Source: a bacterium (GTDB lineage Bacteria; Patescibacteriota; Patescibacteriia; JAGPKW01). Taken from it: a stretch of DNA of 64,000 bases. A program made the translations under genes and the position numbers. The DNA is taken from contig JAJXYN010000012.1 of assembly GCA_021780535.1 (NCBI GenBank), positions 69,688-133,687 of the forward strand, in the 5' to 3' direction. The notes below the pieces were generated by a model. It ran no database searches. It was not told the DNA's origin and was given only the letters and a program-made list of their open reading frames with translations. This document shows positions 62,967-64,000 of the stretch, in pieces. Positions within the stretch are counted from its first letter, which is position 1. Each line of letters opens with the position of its first letter.

Positions 62967-63827
62967 ATGAAGATTGGACGTCTTATCATGATCGCAGTGA
63001 TGCTGATGGTCGCATCCTTGACCATTTCCGCCCAGAGTGTGCCGAGGGACTTGCAAACGGAACTGTCGAAGTTCTGGCCGGATCAGGCCAGTCTCGACAA
63101 GAATGTTTGGCAGCTTTTCCCGGTGGACGTGTCGGAGATCGACGTGTACCCGGAAGGATTTTTCGCTATCAAAGCTCCTTTGGGTGGTTATGCTGAAGAA
63201 TTTTATGTCAGCGACCAGAGTAATGGGGCTGTCGAATTTGACTCAGAGTTCTATAAGCTAAACTTTGACAAAACTGCCCCAACTGTCAAAGGTCTTGTTT
63301 TCTACTTGAATTCGAAATATCATCCCAAAGATGTATATATCGGCATTATTTATGATGATCGAATTGTTAAGAGTAATATTGGGAAACAAAGAAACAAGGA
63401 CGATAAGGATGAGTTTAATAGGCCTTTCTATAAGGTAAACCAGGCTGACTTTAAGGCCGATAATGACCAAGATCCTGGAAGTTACGACACTGGTATTCCT
63501 ATCATCAGGTACGGTGCGAACAGCGAAAACAACCTCGTCGCAACGCCGAAGATGATCGTGAAGGTCTTCAAGGTTGCACATCCCGTTGGTGATTTCATGG
63601 AATATCATCAGGGACAAAAGTTGGAAAAAATTATTCTTGAGGGGCTTGACAAAAGCCAGCCGGAGAGTTTAAGAATAATCAAGGAGTTCCCTAATGATTA
63701 TTTTTACCCTCTCGATGTTGGTTTTGTTTTCGATGATAAAAAAGAAGAATTCTATGGTCTTTATGGAACATCTTCTGGTTATCTCATTCTTGCTTCCTTG
63801 GATTTTTTCGATAACTGGAAGCCGTAA
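62967..63827 (+). CDS. secreted hypothetical protein (signal peptide) with atypically high GC in its 5' half
   Basis: SD GGAGG. N-terminal MKIGRLIMIAVMLMVASLTISAQS signal. Codon composition switches abruptly from the AT-rich background. Confidence 0.55.
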   Translation: MKIGRLIMIAVMLMVASLTISAQSVPRDLQTELSKFWPDQASLDKNVWQLFPVDVSEIDVYPEGFFAIKAPLGGYAEEFYVSDQSNGAVEFDSEFYKLNFDKTAPTVKGLVFYLNSKYHPKDVYIGIIYDDRIVKSNIGKQRNKDDKDEFNRPFYKVNQADFKADNDQDPGSYDTGIPIIRYGANSENNLVATPKMIVKVFKVAHPVGDFMEYHQGQKLEKIILEGLDKSQPESLRIIKEFPNDYFYPLDVGFVFDDKKEEFYGLYGTSSGYLILASLDFFDNWKP

Positions 63828-63834
63828 ATAACCT

Positions 63835-63876
63835 GACCCTTTCGTGCTTGATTGCACGATCGGGTCTTTTTATTTT
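63835..63876 (+). terminator. compound intrinsic terminator (GACCC..TCGTGC-ttgatt-GCACGA..GGGTC + T run)
   Basis: Nested GC-rich hairpin followed by TTTTTATTTT. Confidence 0.6.
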
Positions 63877-63968
63877 GTATTAAATTTGCTTATTATATCT
63901 AAGTGTTTAATTGACTTTTATGGTAAAATGTTGTATAATTTATATATCAAATTTTAGGAGGCACTCTT

Positions 63969-64000
63969 GTGAACTACAAGATTGTAAGAAAAAAAGAAAC
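63969..64000 (+). CDS. start of a gene running off the window (GTG/TTG start after TG-TATAAT-like -10 and AGGAGG SD)
   Basis: tgttgtataat ... ttttaggaggcactcTTGTGaactacaag... Confidence 0.25.
   Translation, partial: MNYKIVRKKE

Noticed and set aside
1-64000. Alternative genetic code (UGA recoding, as in Gracilibacteria/Absconditabacteria or Mollicutes).
   Set aside because: TGA terminates several normal-length genes, for example the 6019-6204 ORF and the 60914-61042 ORF. Conserved proteins have expected lengths with TAA, TAG and TGA stops, so the standard code fits.
1-64000. CRISPR arrays or rRNA genes.
   Set aside because: No regularly spaced direct repeats with unique spacers were seen. 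No rRNA-like conserved stretches. The only stable RNA found is tRNA-Glu.

Overview
This window is AT-rich, roughly 25-30% GC by eye, with short AT-rich intergenic regions and dense, mostly small genes. It uses the standard genetic code: TGA, TAA and TAG all terminate normal-length conserved genes. The core content is a conserved ribosomal/translation block, infA-rpmJ-rpsM-rpsK-rpsD-rpoA-rplQ-rplM-rpsI, preceded by asnS, a cyclophilin lipoprotein and a GT4 glycosyltransferase. Further core genes are serS, mreB, a second GT4, a MacAB-like efflux operon, an ECF sigma factor and tRNA-Glu(CUC). The Lys-rich ribosomal tails, an rpoA lacking the alpha-CTD, many orphan hypotheticals and the AT richness fit a reduced genome such as a Candidate Phyla Radiation (Patescibacteria) bacterium; this is inference only. 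Several blocks look like accessory or mobile DNA. (i) Positions 1-15.5 kb hold a large hypothetical ORF, a large serine recombinase split by a single-nucleotide frameshift, and a full LexA repressor fused in frame to a beta-class DNA methyltransferase; a near-identical 92-bp promoter/operator-like repeat sits upstream of both the recombinase and the LexA-MTase. (ii) Positions 25.6-33.6 kb hold a putative integrative element, abutted by a 1-kb GC-rich, repeat-laden non-coding region. (iii) Positions 33.9-42.5 kb hold a defense island ending in a Xis/tyrosine-integrase pair. (iv) Downstream of the ECF sigma and tRNA-Glu lies a Cys-rich acidic peptide, a TraG/HerA-like ATPase, paralogous membrane proteins and a racemase-ligase pair. 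(v) Short GC-rich, foreign-looking patches include a 42-aa acidic ORF, a palindrome-disrupted IS200/RAYT-like transposase pseudogene and a high-GC secreted protein. No rRNA genes or CRISPR arrays were seen.
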